From: an uncultured delta proteobacterium
GTDB lineage: Bacteria > Desulfobacterota > WTBG01 > CAIYCZ01
DNA length: 64,000 nucleotides
Assembly (NCBI GenBank): GCA_963803975.1
Contig: CAWDOY010000003.1
Span: 96,001-160,000, forward strand
Direction of reading: 5' to 3'
The notes beneath the pieces are model-generated. The model did no database searches and was not told where the DNA came from. It was given only the letters and a program-made list of their open reading frames with translations. Made by a program: the position numbers and the translations under genes. Below, piece after piece: positions 1-10,216 of this stretch (position 1 is its first letter; every line of letters starts with the position of its first letter).

Positions 1-1
1 G

Positions 2-418
2 ATGGAGCAAGAGCTTGCGCTGTTCGGAGAGCGGTTTGATGAGCTGAAAGCCCGCGGTGTAATCAAAAACATTGTTCTTGAAGCCCGGGAATACGGATAT
101 TCGCTGAAGACAAAGCGCATCAAGCAGCTTCTGCGCGGCATTCTCAAGGCTAAAATTGAACGGCTGCGAAATGACTGTAACGAGCAGGAGATACTGTGGC
201 TGCTGAGGCTGCTCGAATTTTCCGCGGAACTCGATGTTCAGGTCAGCACCAATGAGGCACAGAACAGTCTGTACATCATTTTGAAAGCACGTTTGCCGGA
301 ACTGGCTGGCAGAGCTCAAGCAGGGGATGAGGCGTCACGCCGCACTGCTCAGGCGCTCATACAGCTTGCGGGTAAGATGCAATTTAAAACTGAGCAGTTT
401 GCCGGGATGCTTTCATAA
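2..418 (+). CDS. C-terminal part of a protein running off the window edge; tentatively a DUF3536/GH57-associated C-terminal helical region
   Basis: Open to the left edge and followed by a terminator; the EAQN segment is reminiscent of DUF3536 protein tails (weak). Confidence 0.4.
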   Translation: MEQELALFGERFDELKARGVIKNIVLEAREYGYSLKTKRIKQLLRGILKAKIERLRNDCNEQEILWLLRLLEFSAELDVQVSTNEAQNSLYIILKARLPELAGRAQAGDEASRRTAQALIQLAGKMQFKTEQFAGMLS

Positions 419-485
419 AAATTAAAGCTACCACGCTGCCGGCTTGTCAATAGAGATACGTGTAATGTGAAAAGTGAAAGGTAAG

Positions 486-530
486 AAAATTAAAGGGCAG
501 AGGTGCTGAGCGCCGCTGCCCTTTAATTTT
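486..530. terminator. Bidirectional intrinsic terminator
   Basis: AAAATTAAAGGGCAG...CTGCCCTTTAATTTT inverted repeat between convergent genes. Confidence 0.7.
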
Positions 531-555
531 ATGAGGCTATCCGCTGTAAGGGTGA

Positions 556-1585
556 TTAACTTACTGCCTTCTGTATTTCCTCGCGGTCATCAGGCGTGGT
601 CATAATGATAAGCGTCGTTCCGGGAGTAAAAACATGCTGCCGTGATAGGATTAAAAATCCAATCGTTTTTTATCTTCACCGCAAGCAGCAGGGTGTCGGG
701 GTATTTTTGCAGATCAAGGACGGAGAGCGGCTGCCCGCTGTAGGCGTCGGGCACCGGGATTTCTTCTATCCGCAGATTCTTCTTTTTATCCCGCAGCATG
801 ATGTCCAGGAATGATACCACAGCGGGACGGATCATTTCCGATGCCATCCGCAGGCCGCCGATAAAGGTGGGGGAAATTACCGCATCAGCGCCGGCTTTTT
901 TAATTTTATCCACATTTTTTAAATCATAGCAGCAGGCTATGACTTTAACGGACGGATTAAGCTGTTTGGCCGTGATGCTTATGACCAGATTATTGTTGTC
1001 ATCACCCGTTACCGCAAAAACCCCTCTGGCTTTCATGACGCCAGCTTCAAGAAGGGTGTCATTGTCCGTGGCATCGCCGACAATAAAAAAGTCTTCGTGA
1101 TAATCATGCAGAAACTTTTCAATGTTCTGCCTGCTGGTATCGACGATGACGTGGGAACGCTTGGTTTCGTAAAGCTCGTTGATAATATAATGGCCGACGC
1201 CGTCAATGCCGCAGACAATAAAATGTTCGCTTAATTTACTGATTGTTTTTTCCATTTTTCTCCTCAGAAAGGCTTCATTCAGACTGCCCTCTACGATAAA
1301 AGCGGTAAAGCTGGAAAGCGTATAGGATATGATGCCGATGCCGCAGAGCGCAAGGAGCATGGTGAAGATTCTGCCGAGCGGTTTGCCTGAAAGATCAATT
1401 ATTTCACCAAAGCCGATGGTGGCGATGGTGGTGAAGGTCATGTACAGGCAGTCGATCAGGGAGTGAGTGCCTGCAGAGATAATGCGGTAGCCGATGGTGC
1501 CGGTAAGGAGCACTGCAATCAGCGCAAGACCAGCCCAGATGAATTTGCGGTAAACCTGGGAAAGAGATAGGATGCTTTTGGTCAT
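556..1585 (-). CDS. Potassium channel protein with TrkA-N/TrkA-C (RCK) domains; frameshift near 655
   Basis: Two TM helices with TIGFGE filter, then RCK IVCGIDGVG...GDAT; the alternative frame gives the C-terminus ...TLIIMTTPDDREEIQKAVS* ending at 556. Confidence 0.9.
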
Positions 1586-1697
1586 AATTGAAAGTGCATG
1601 TCAGGATGCAAAATGCGAAATCTCACTATTTGAAATCCTCATTCTGCAATCTGCCATCGGCCGTGAGCTCTGGGCCGAACGGCAATCCGCATTCGGA

Positions 1698-2987
1698 TCA
1701 GTGTTTAAATACCCGCTGTCCTGTGTACACCATGGCAACGGGCGGCTTTGCCTCGTTGCATGCCTCGATGGACTCGAAATCGCGGTCAGAGCCTCCCGGC
1801 TGCACAATGGCGGTGACGCCCTCCTTGATGCCGACATCAACACCATCACGGAAAGGGAAGAACGCGTCAGAAACCATGATGGAATCAATGAGGCCGCCAT
1901 GGGCCTGTTTTGTTTCCTGGTCAATCTCATCTTTGAATGCCGAAGAGCGCTTGCCTGCTGCAATCTCAAGCTCAAGTGTCTTGTAGGGGATGCCATGTTT
2001 TTTAAAGCAGAGCGCGTCTGCGTACTTGGTGTAGGCCTTGAAGATGGCTATTTCAGCAACACCTACCCGGTCCTGCTCGCCGGTACCGATACCAACGGTG
2101 CACTCATCTTTAATATATAATACAGAATTGGACGTTACGCCAAGCTCCACATTCCAGCCGAACAGCAGGTCTTCATATTCTTTCTCTGTTGGCATGCGGT
2201 CTATTTTATACTGTTTGCCCTTGAATTCCGCTGTGGCCGGCTTCAGGTCATCCTTTGAATTGACCGCGTTAAGCTGTGACTGCTGGACAATAAGACCGCC
2301 GTCAATAAGGGACTTGAATTCAACAAAGCGGGTGTTGCGGTACTGCTCAAGCTTATCCATATTGTTTATCCTGATAATCCTGAGATTCTTTCGCTTTTTC
2401 AGGATGTCCACTGCGCCTTCCTCAAATTCAGGGGCAACAACCACTTCCAGGTAATTTTCGCTCACTGCTTCAGCCGTTGCCCTGTCAAGGGCGCGGTTAA
2501 AGGCAGCGCATCCGCCAAACGCGGCAATGCGGTCAGCCATGTTGGCGCGCTGGAAAGCATCGACCAGGGTGCTGCCATAGGCGGCGCCGCAGGGGTTATT
2601 GTGCTTGACGATGATGGCACACGGCTTTCTGGTTAAATATTTCATGATGTTCATCGCGTTATCAGCATCGGTGAAATTTGTTTTGCCGGGGTGCTTGCCG
2701 GCCTGAATCATGTCTTCCTCGGTGATTGCGCTGACCAGGCCTTTGCCGGAAGCAATAAACTGACATTTGCCCAGAGAGAGATTGCCGTTTACCAGTTCAT
2801 ACAGGGCAGCTTCCTGGCCCGGATTTTCGCCATAGCGGAGGCCCTTTTCAATAACCTCGCCGCTGTCTTCCGCAATCTTCCAGGTTCTCTTTTTATATAC
2901 CAGGGTCTGGTTTCCGAAGGTGATGGTCATGGTATCGGGGAAATGGTCGTCCATTACTGTTTTGTACATCTTCTTTAATTCAGTCAT
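1698..2987 (-). CDS. PurH-related protein (AICAR transformylase-like domain; family often labelled IMP cyclohydrolase)
   Basis: LRYGENPGQ, KHNNPCG, AFGG, SDAFFPFRDG and QPGGS motifs. Confidence 0.85.
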   Translation of the reverse strand: MTELKKMYKTVMDDHFPDTMTITFGNQTLVYKKRTWKIAEDSGEVIEKGLRYGENPGQEAALYELVNGNLSLGKCQFIASGKGLVSAITEEDMIQAGKHPGKTNFTDADNAMNIMKYLTRKPCAIIVKHNNPCGAAYGSTLVDAFQRANMADRIAAFGGCAAFNRALDRATAEAVSENYLEVVVAPEFEEGAVDILKKRKNLRIIRINNMDKLEQYRNTRFVEFKSLIDGGLIVQQSQLNAVNSKDDLKPATAEFKGKQYKIDRMPTEKEYEDLLFGWNVELGVTSNSVLYIKDECTVGIGTGEQDRVGVAEIAIFKAYTKYADALCFKKHGIPYKTLELEIAAGKRSSAFKDEIDQETKQAHGGLIDSIMVSDAFFPFRDGVDVGIKEGVTAIVQPGGSDRDFESIEACNEAKPPVAMVYTGQRVFKH

Positions 2988-3073
2988 ACGATGACTCCTT
3001 CCAGTTATTTATTTTAATTTCTGTTTGTTATATGTCTTTGTGTCTTTGTGCCTATTGCCTGTTGACTTTTTAT

Positions 3074-4592
3074 CTATCTTTTCTTGCTCTTCTTCCGGTC
3101 CTTTTTTGCCTGCTTGCGCTTGGCTTTCTGCTTCTTGCGGTCTGAGGAGGAAACGCTGCGGGTTCCCCCTCCGGTGCCCTGGTTGAGTGCAGGAAGTCCT
3201 GCTCCCATCAGTTCCGAGGGATTAAAGGCCGCGCCGATGCCCGGAATCTTGTTAAGGCCGGGGATGCGGCTCAACAGGCCGCCGCCGCCGATTTTTTTCA
3301 TCACATCGCGCATCATGTTAAAGCGCTTCATCAGGTCATGAACATCCCGGCGGGTACGGCCGCTTCCTTTTGAGATACGGGTTACGCGGCTTTCATTCAG
3401 AACTGTTGGCTGCTGCCGCTCCTTGATGGTCATGGAGTTTATGATCGATTCAACTTTTACCAGCTCACGATCATCAACTGATGCCCCCTTGGTTAATTGT
3501 GAAAAGCCGGGTATCTTTTCCACCAGGTCTGAAAGAGACCCCATTTTTTTTATTGACTGAAGCTGTTCCAGAAAATCGTTCAGGGTGAAGGCGCCTTTTA
3601 GCATGCGCATGGCATCTTCTTCAGCCTTCTTCTCGTCAACCACGCGCTCAAAGTCCTGCATCAGGCCGACAACATCACCAAATCCAAGAATGCGTGATGC
3701 AAGGCCTTCAGGACGGAACTCCTCGAGCTTGTCCAGGGACTCGCCCATGCCGAGAAATTTTACCGGTTTGCCGGTAAGTTCTTTAATAGAGAGGGCAGCG
3801 CCGCCCCTGGCATCACCGTCAAGCTTGGTAAGAATAAAGCCCGACAGGTCAAGGCGGCGGTTAAACTCCTGCGCGGTCTTCACCGAATCCTGACCGATCA
3901 TGGCATCGCACACCAGGAAGATGTTTTCCGGCCTGGTGCTTTTGACGATATCTTCAAGCTCCATCATCAAAGAGTCATCAATAGCCAGGCGTCCTGCGGT
4001 GTCAAAGATTGCGGTATCACAGCCATTTTCACGGGCGTATGCAATAGCCTGACGGCACAGCTCGGGCGGAGGCGTACCGTCCTTGAAAAATACCGGCAGG
4101 TTAAGAGAGCTGCCGATTACCCTGAGCTGCTCAACTGCTGCAGGCCGATACGGATCTGCGGCAACCAGCAGAGGCTTTTTCTCCTGTGCTTCAAGGAAGC
4201 GGGCGAGCTTGCCGGCAGTGGTGGTCTTGCCGGAGCCCTGCAGGCCGACCAGCATAATCGATGAAACCGGCTGGGAGCCCCGCTTTATGCTGGTGTCAAC
4301 CGGGCCCATCAGGGACACCAGCTCTTCGTAGCAGATATTTATAAAATGGTCTTCCGGGGTTGCTTTAAGCTTCTGACCCTTGTAGGACACTTTGGTTTCA
4401 ACAACTTCACCGAGCGCTTTCTCCTTAACGTGCGCGATGAAATTTTTAACCACAGTTATAATTGACATCTGCCTCGAGCAGGGAAACCCTGATATCCCGC
4501 AGGGCATCTTCCAGATTTGCTTCGGTAAGCTCAATCCGCCCCTGCAGGCGGTCGCGAGCCTGATTGAAGCCTTTAGATAGGATTTCAAGCAT
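3074..4592 (-). CDS. ffh: Signal recognition particle protein Ffh; frameshift near 4455
   Basis: True N-terminus MLEILSKGFNQARDRL...SLLEADVN from ATG 4592; GLQGSGKTTT, DTAGR, TKLDGDARGG and M-domain. Confidence 0.95.
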
Positions 4593-4608
4593 TAGCTATA
4601 ACTCCGGT

Positions 4609-4637
4609 ATGATAAATACTTAATTCAGCTATTTCAA
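4609..4637 (-). promoter_or_regulatory. Sigma70-type promoter of ffh
   Basis: TTGAAA-N17-TATCAT on the minus strand. Confidence 0.5.
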
Positions 4638-4722
4638 GCAATCAGAATTAAATGAATAATCTGACATTACATCTGACATTTGAGCTTTGAAATTTATTTC
4701 AATAGATCAGGTGCTCAGAAAT

Positions 4723-6677
4723 TTACTTTTCAGCTATTTCTTCCTCCACTGCCCGCACCAGGCTCTCCACATCAAGCCCGCTTGCTTTAAACAGCTCGCT
4801 GGTTGGGCCGGAATAGCAGTAGTTGGAGATGCCGAGCTTGCGCAAACGACACGGAATGCGGTTCTCCATAAGCCCGTTAGCAACAATGCTGCCGAGCCCG
4901 GTTTTTACGTTATGGTCCTCGTAGGTAATAATAATTCCCTTTCCAGCTGCGTCTCTCAGCACAGATACGGGAATATCCCGCGGGCAGCAGACATTGAGCA
5001 CCTGCACGCTGATGCCCTTCTGCTGCAGCAGCTCCCACGCTCTGACGGCGCGATGCAGCATAACGCCGCAGGTTATGATAACCGCTGCGGTTCCTTGCCG
5101 CACTACATCAACGCTGCCATATTCAAAGTGATAGGCGCGGTCAAAAAACGGTGAGCCATCCTCCCTCACGATTACCGGTATTTTAGAGCGGCCCATGCCG
5201 AGCAGGAAGTTGCCGCAGGTTTTTGTCATATAGCGCGTCGCATGGTCAGTCTGATTGGGATCAGCAGGAAGCAGTATTTTGAAGCCAAACAGATTCAGGA
5301 ACAGTCCAATGTAGTCAATGCACTGGTGGGTCTTGCCGTCTTCACCTACATCAAGCCCGAGATGAGTGCAGACCAGCTTTAAGTTTGCATGGTTAATGTC
5401 ATTCAGGCGGTGCTGGTTATAGGTCTCACAGGTGCCAAAAACACCAAAGTCGGCAAAGAAGGTAATCACCCCTTCTATGGACAGTGCTCCGGCTATGGTT
5501 GCGGTGTTGTGTTCCTGGATGCCGCTCTGAAAAAAATTGCGGGGGCAGATGTCACTGAAAGCCTTCGGTCTTTACCGATCCGGCCAGGTCACAGTCAAAG
5601 ACCGCAAAGGGCGGGCTTTCAATCCGTTCGCAGTTAAGGCGGGTCAGGTCTTTAAGGGCGATGCCGAATGCGCTCCTGTTGTCGAGCTTGTCATCTTTTC
5701 CATACAGAGCAGGCTCTCCCGTCACTATAGTACTCATGGTTTGTGCAGAGGGGGTAGCTGACCGGCACGGTGCTCTGATCTGTGCGGCGTTTTTCATAGA
5801 AGCTCAGGTCATTGTCCAAAGACAGCTCCTGCAGAGCTTGAGCGAGTTGATCTCTGGTGAGAGCAACACCGTGATAGAGCTCCTTGTTCTCCATAAAGGA
5901 AATGCCTTTACCCATGATGGTCCGGGCTATGATGGCAACAGGAGCGGACTGATTGTGCACTGCAGCATGCAGGGCCTGATATATTTCATTGAAGTCGTGC
6001 CCGTCAATTTCAAGAACCTGCCAGCCGTCTGAAAGGAAGTTCTCTTTTATATTCTGCGGCATGACGTCATGGATGTGCCCGCTGATCTGCAGGTTGTTGT
6101 TGTCAATAATGACCGTGAGGTTATGCAGCTGATACTTTGCGGCAAAGCGCCGGGCCTCGGAAATTTGCCCCTTCTGCTGCTCGCCGTCACCCATGAAGAC
6201 AAAGGTGTGATACTTTTTATTATTAAGCAGAGCGGCAAGCGCAAACCCGCAGCCAACTGAAAGGCCCTGTCCCAGATTGCCGGTGCCCCATTCAATGCCG
6301 GGCACGGAACGCTCTACATGGCCTTCAAAAATGCTGCCGGTTTGACGAAAGCCGCTGATGGCATCCTGGATGTCAAAAAAACCGGTCCTGCCGAGGGCTG
6401 CATACACACCGGGTGAAGTATGCCCGTTGCTGATGACGATGCGGTCGCGGTCGGGGTGACCGGGATCGTCCGGGAACACGCTGGCTTCGGCATAGAGGGT
6501 GATATACATATCAATAGAAGACAGGGAGCCGCCGGGATGACCGCATCCGGCCAGGGTGGTCATTTTGAGAATGTCGCCCCGCGAGAGACGGGCGCGCTCC
6601 TGTAATTTCTGTAAGTCCTGTTGCTCAAGAGAGTCAGCTTTGAATCCTCTCTCATGCAGTTTGGCAGTGTGCAGCAT
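4723..6677 (-). CDS. tkt: Transketolase (single chain, split by about two frameshifts)
   Basis: GHPGGSLS, SNGH, GDGEQQKG TPP motif, DCDLAGS, GIQEHN, GEDGKTHQ and YEDH across ORFs 5691-6719, 5552-5797 and 4723-5469. Confidence 0.9.
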
Positions 6678-6826
6678 AGTAATAGCCGTATAGTTGCAGG
6701 GTGTACAAGCGGGAAACAAGAACGTATGCCGGCAGAGCTGTTAGCGTCACAGTAAACAGTTATCTAAAATAACCGTGCGGAAAATTATCAGCTCGCGGCA
6801 ACAGAGCGTCTCAGAACAGCAGGCGG

Positions 6827-7354
6827 TCAGCCGTCTACATTGGTTTTTTCCTGCATTGCAAACCACCCGCCCGGATCTTCACAATAGAGGAGGGAATCCT
6901 TAAGGGAGTTAAGGTGCTCTTTTTCCATTTCTGCGAGAATAGTAAAAAACTTTTTTTCCTCGGGATTGTCAACAGCATCCCGTAAACCCGCATAGAACAT
7001 ATAGCCTTTTTCCTCAAAGTCTATTGCTATCTTGATTGCTTCCTGGTCATCAATATCGGCAGGAGCGTCTTTTTCCGCCTTCTGCAGAAAATCTTTGAGT
7101 ACATTTTTCAGGTTAGAGCCTTTCACGGTGAGCGGTACGGATTCAGGCCAGGTACCCTGCTGTGACAATTTTTTGTGAAGCTCCTGGAGCCGCTGATAAT
7201 GCTCATTTTCATCCTGGGCCAGGGTGGCAAACATCAGCCTGCCCATGCCATTGGTAGTCCGCGCGCTGTGCATGAGGTAAAAATCGCGCTCCCGTGATTC
7301 ATTGTTCAGGGCAATCTCGATTGACTTCACTTTTTCATTAACTTGTATAGTCAT
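6827..7354 (-). CDS. Ferritin-like/rubrerythrin-family di-iron protein
   Basis: Duplicated A..(E)..FY...F..LA..ExxH pattern (DENEH, EKEH). Confidence 0.85.
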   Translation of the reverse strand: MTIQVNEKVKSIEIALNNESRERDFYLMHSARTTNGMGRLMFATLAQDENEHYQRLQELHKKLSQQGTWPESVPLTVKGSNLKNVLKDFLQKAEKDAPADIDDQEAIKIAIDFEEKGYMFYAGLRDAVDNPEEKKFFTILAEMEKEHLNSLKDSLLYCEDPGGWFAMQEKTNVDG

Positions 7355-7392
7355 GGTTTACTCCTCATTAGTGGTTATGTAAGCGATGAAGC

Positions 7393-7421
7393 ATTATAAA
7401 AAGGCCCATAGCGGTTGTCAA
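7393..7421 (-). promoter_or_regulatory. Consensus sigma70 promoter of the ferritin-like gene
   Basis: Perfect TTGACA-N17-TATAAT on the minus strand. Confidence 0.75.
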
Positions 7422-7461
7422 TAAGATATAATCGCTGCATGCAAGCAGGGGCGGGCATTAT

Positions 7462-7498
7462 AAAAAAGGCTCCCTGAATCCAGCGGATCAGGGAGCCT
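7462..7498 (-). terminator. Intrinsic terminator of the NuoE/F-like operon
   Basis: AGGCTCCCTGA...TCAGGGAGCCT stem with a T-run on the minus strand. Confidence 0.75.
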
Positions 7499-7516
7499 GA
7501 TAATGCTCAAGCAGCG

Positions 7517-9217
7517 CTAAGCGCCCTTTTTCATATAGGCCATGTAGTCATCCCTGAAGTGCTTCAGGGTTGAGATGATCGGCATTGGCGCGGTTTTACC
7601 CAGCGCACAGGCCGAGGCTTCGATGATGGGTGCGGCCATCTTTTCAAGATAGCTGAGATGCTGCTCGTTTCCCATTCCGGCAATGATTTCATCAAGCATG
7701 TCACACATGCGGCATACGCCTTCACGGCATGGTGTGCACTTGCCGCAGGATTCCTGGGTGAAGAACTGGGTGAAGTAGCGGGCAATTTTTACCATGTCAG
7801 TGTCTTCGCTCATGACTATCATACCGCCCGAGCCTAACATGGAGCCGGCTGCTTTTAAATCATCATAATCAACCGTGAGGTTCAGCATGCCGGCAGGCAG
7901 CAAGCCGCCGGAGGGACCGCCGGTCTGAATCGCCTTCAGGGTCTTTCCCTGTGCCACGCCGCCGCCGATGCCCATGATAACATCTTTAAGTGAAGTGCCC
8001 ATGTCAACTTCAATCATTCCCGGCAGGGCGACATCTCCTGCAAGAGATATAACCTTGGTGCCTTTACTTTTTTTGCTGCCGATGGAAGCATACCAGTCGC
8101 TGCCCTTCATAATTATAACCGGCACATTGGCCCAGGTTTCAATGTTATTGATGCAGGTAGGCTTGCCAAACAGTCCGGCTTCCGTGGGGAACGGAGGGCG
8201 CTGCCGCGGCTCGCCGATCTTTCCTTCAATACAGGCGATGAGTGAGGTTTCCTCGCCGCACACGAAGCGTCCGCCGCCTTCCTTTATTTTAATAGTAACG
8301 TTCAGTCCGCTGCCCAGAATGTTTTCTCCGAGGAGGCCTGCTTCAGCTGCGTCCGCGCATGCTTTGCGCAGGCGGTTGAGGGCCAGGCGGTAATTATCCC
8401 TGATATAGACGTATGCTTCCTGAGCACCAATCGTGTATGCGCCGATGATGAGGCCTTCGATTACCGAATGGGGGTCTGATTCAAGGAAGCTCCGGTGCAT
8501 GCCGATCCCCGGCTCACCTTCGCTCACGTTGCAGATCAGGTATTTTTTGTCACCTTTGGCTGCCATGCAGCTCTTCCACTTGATGCCTACCGGAAATCCG
8601 CCGCCGCCCCGGCCGCGCAGGCCCGACTTAGTGATCTCCTCAGCGATATCTGCCGGCTTCATCCTGAGCGCCTTTGCCAGAGCCTCGTATCCGCCGCGGG
8701 CAATGTATTCAGTAATATTCTCCGGGTCAATGGTGCCGGCATTGCGCAAGATTACTTTATGCTGACCGCGGTAAAACGCATAGTCTTTGAGCGGGGCAAT
8801 ACCGCCTGCTGAAGCTGCATCGCCATAGGTAATGGTGCCCTCTAAAACATGGTCTTCAGCATCAATGCTGACGAGCGCGCGGTCCTTGAAGATCTCGCCT
8901 TTGGCAACAGCCTTTAAAAGTGCAGGCACATCAGCCTCGGTTATCGGGCCATAAACGATTTTAGCCTTTCCCGGTGCCTGTACCTCAACAATGGGCTCTT
9001 TGTGGCAGAGACCGTTGCAGCCGACCGCAACAACCCGGGCATTAATCTTCTGCGCAGCGCTTGCCGCTTTCAATGCCTGCACTGTTTTATCAGCGCCCTT
9101 GGCCATACCGCAGCTTGCCGTGCCAACGGTGATCCTGATCGCGCCCGGTGCAGGAAGCTCCTGAGCTTTCTTTTTTGTCTCAGCTAATGCTTTTGAATCC
9201 TTAATTTTCATTTCCAA
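7517..9217 (-). CDS. NuoF/HydB-like NAD(P)H-binding flavoprotein with an N-terminal thioredoxin-like [2Fe-2S] domain
   Basis: SGLRGRGGGGFP, CGEETSL, ESCGKCTPCREG and SACALG; N-terminal C...GCNGLC; no C-terminal 2x[4Fe-4S] domain. Confidence 0.9.
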   Translation of the reverse strand: MEMKIKDSKALAETKKKAQELPAPGAIRITVGTASCGMAKGADKTVQALKAASAAQKINARVVAVGCNGLCHKEPIVEVQAPGKAKIVYGPITEADVPALLKAVAKGEIFKDRALVSIDAEDHVLEGTITYGDAASAGGIAPLKDYAFYRGQHKVILRNAGTIDPENITEYIARGGYEALAKALRMKPADIAEEITKSGLRGRGGGGFPVGIKWKSCMAAKGDKKYLICNVSEGEPGIGMHRSFLESDPHSVIEGLIIGAYTIGAQEAYVYIRDNYRLALNRLRKACADAAEAGLLGENILGSGLNVTIKIKEGGGRFVCGEETSLIACIEGKIGEPRQRPPFPTEAGLFGKPTCINNIETWANVPVIIMKGSDWYASIGSKKSKGTKVISLAGDVALPGMIEVDMGTSLKDVIMGIGGGVAQGKTLKAIQTGGPSGGLLPAGMLNLTVDYDDLKAAGSMLGSGGMIVMSEDTDMVKIARYFTQFFTQESCGKCTPCREGVCRMCDMLDEIIAGMGNEQHLSYLEKMAAPIIEASACALGKTAPMPIISTLKHFRDDYMAYMKKGA

Positions 9218-9243
9218 TCCCCACGTATCATCAGCAGTTATGG

Positions 9244-10179
9244 TTATGCCAGTAATTTCTCAACTTTAGTTTTAGCTTCCGGGCCCTGTGCCACTTCGCC
9301 GTCAATTACCACTGCAGGCGCGCAGTCACAGCAGCCAAGGCAGAGGGTTTTTTCCATGGTCATTTTTTTAGCGGAGGCCTGTGCCACCATGTTTTCTATA
9401 TTGCTCAATACGCCGTCCCGGTCTTTGAGATGGCAGGCGGTGCCATTGCAGATCTTAATGTGATGGACGCCTTTGGGCTCCATCCTGAATGATTTATAAA
9501 AGGTTGCCACATTATAAATAGCGCTCAGAGCAATGCCGGTTTTATTGCTTATGGCCCGGAGAGCTTCGGGAGGCAGAAAGCCGACGGTTTCCTGGGTATC
9601 ATGAAGAATGTAGGTGAGACTGTCCTGGCCTTTTCCGTGGCGGGCAACTATAGAGTCAATGCAGCTCAGATCAACATCCCCGAGCTCGGTATATTTTTTG
9701 AGAATCGTAGTCTTAAACGGATCAGGAACTATTTCCCGGACCACTTCGGTAACATGGGATTCGGTAACGCTGCCGCCCTTTGATTTTTGCCGCAGAATCT
9801 CAAGGAGTTTACCCCGGAATACGCCGCGAAGAGCTTCGGGAACTTCATTGAGCATTATCTCAAACATGATCTCGCTTTTACCCTGCCAGTGCGGTGTAAA
9901 AGGCGGGGGGGGCGGTGCAGAGGCTTCAGCAGCGGCCGGCGCCTTCTCTTCGGGCTTTTTCATTCCAAGCGCCTGCATGATTCCGGTGCGCTGGGGCTCG
10001 GGCAAATCATTCTGCACCATGGCCGCAACTATATCCGCGGTAACCGGCTTGCCGCTGGCACGCTTTTCGAGAAATCCAAAGAGCATGGGCTTGACCGCGT
10101 CGCGCATGGCTTCAGGCACTATTGCCATGATTTTACCAAACATTTCCTGACCATCTGAAGACCATTTTAAATCTGCCAT
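9244..10179 (-). CDS. NuoE-like [2Fe-2S] subunit with two N-terminal helical repeats (PCP_red/DUF2621-like)
   Basis: C-terminal VATFY...ICNGTACH...CLGCCDCAP; N-terminal duplicated W-x-MF-x-VPEA(M/L)R-x-VT unit. Confidence 0.85.
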   Translation of the reverse strand: MADLKWSSDGQEMFGKIMAIVPEAMRDAVKPMLFGFLEKRASGKPVTADIVAAMVQNDLPEPQRTGIMQALGMKKPEEKAPAAAEASAPPPPPFTPHWQGKSEIMFEIMLNEVPEALRGVFRGKLLEILRQKSKGGSVTESHVTEVVREIVPDPFKTTILKKYTELGDVDLSCIDSIVARHGKGQDSLTYILHDTQETVGFLPPEALRAISNKTGIALSAIYNVATFYKSFRMEPKGVHHIKICNGTACHLKDRDGVLSNIENMVAQASAKKMTMEKTLCLGCCDCAPAVVIDGEVAQGPEAKTKVEKLLA

Positions 10180-10216
10180 TACATGACTCCGATTATAATT
10201 TGAAATTTGAGATTAT

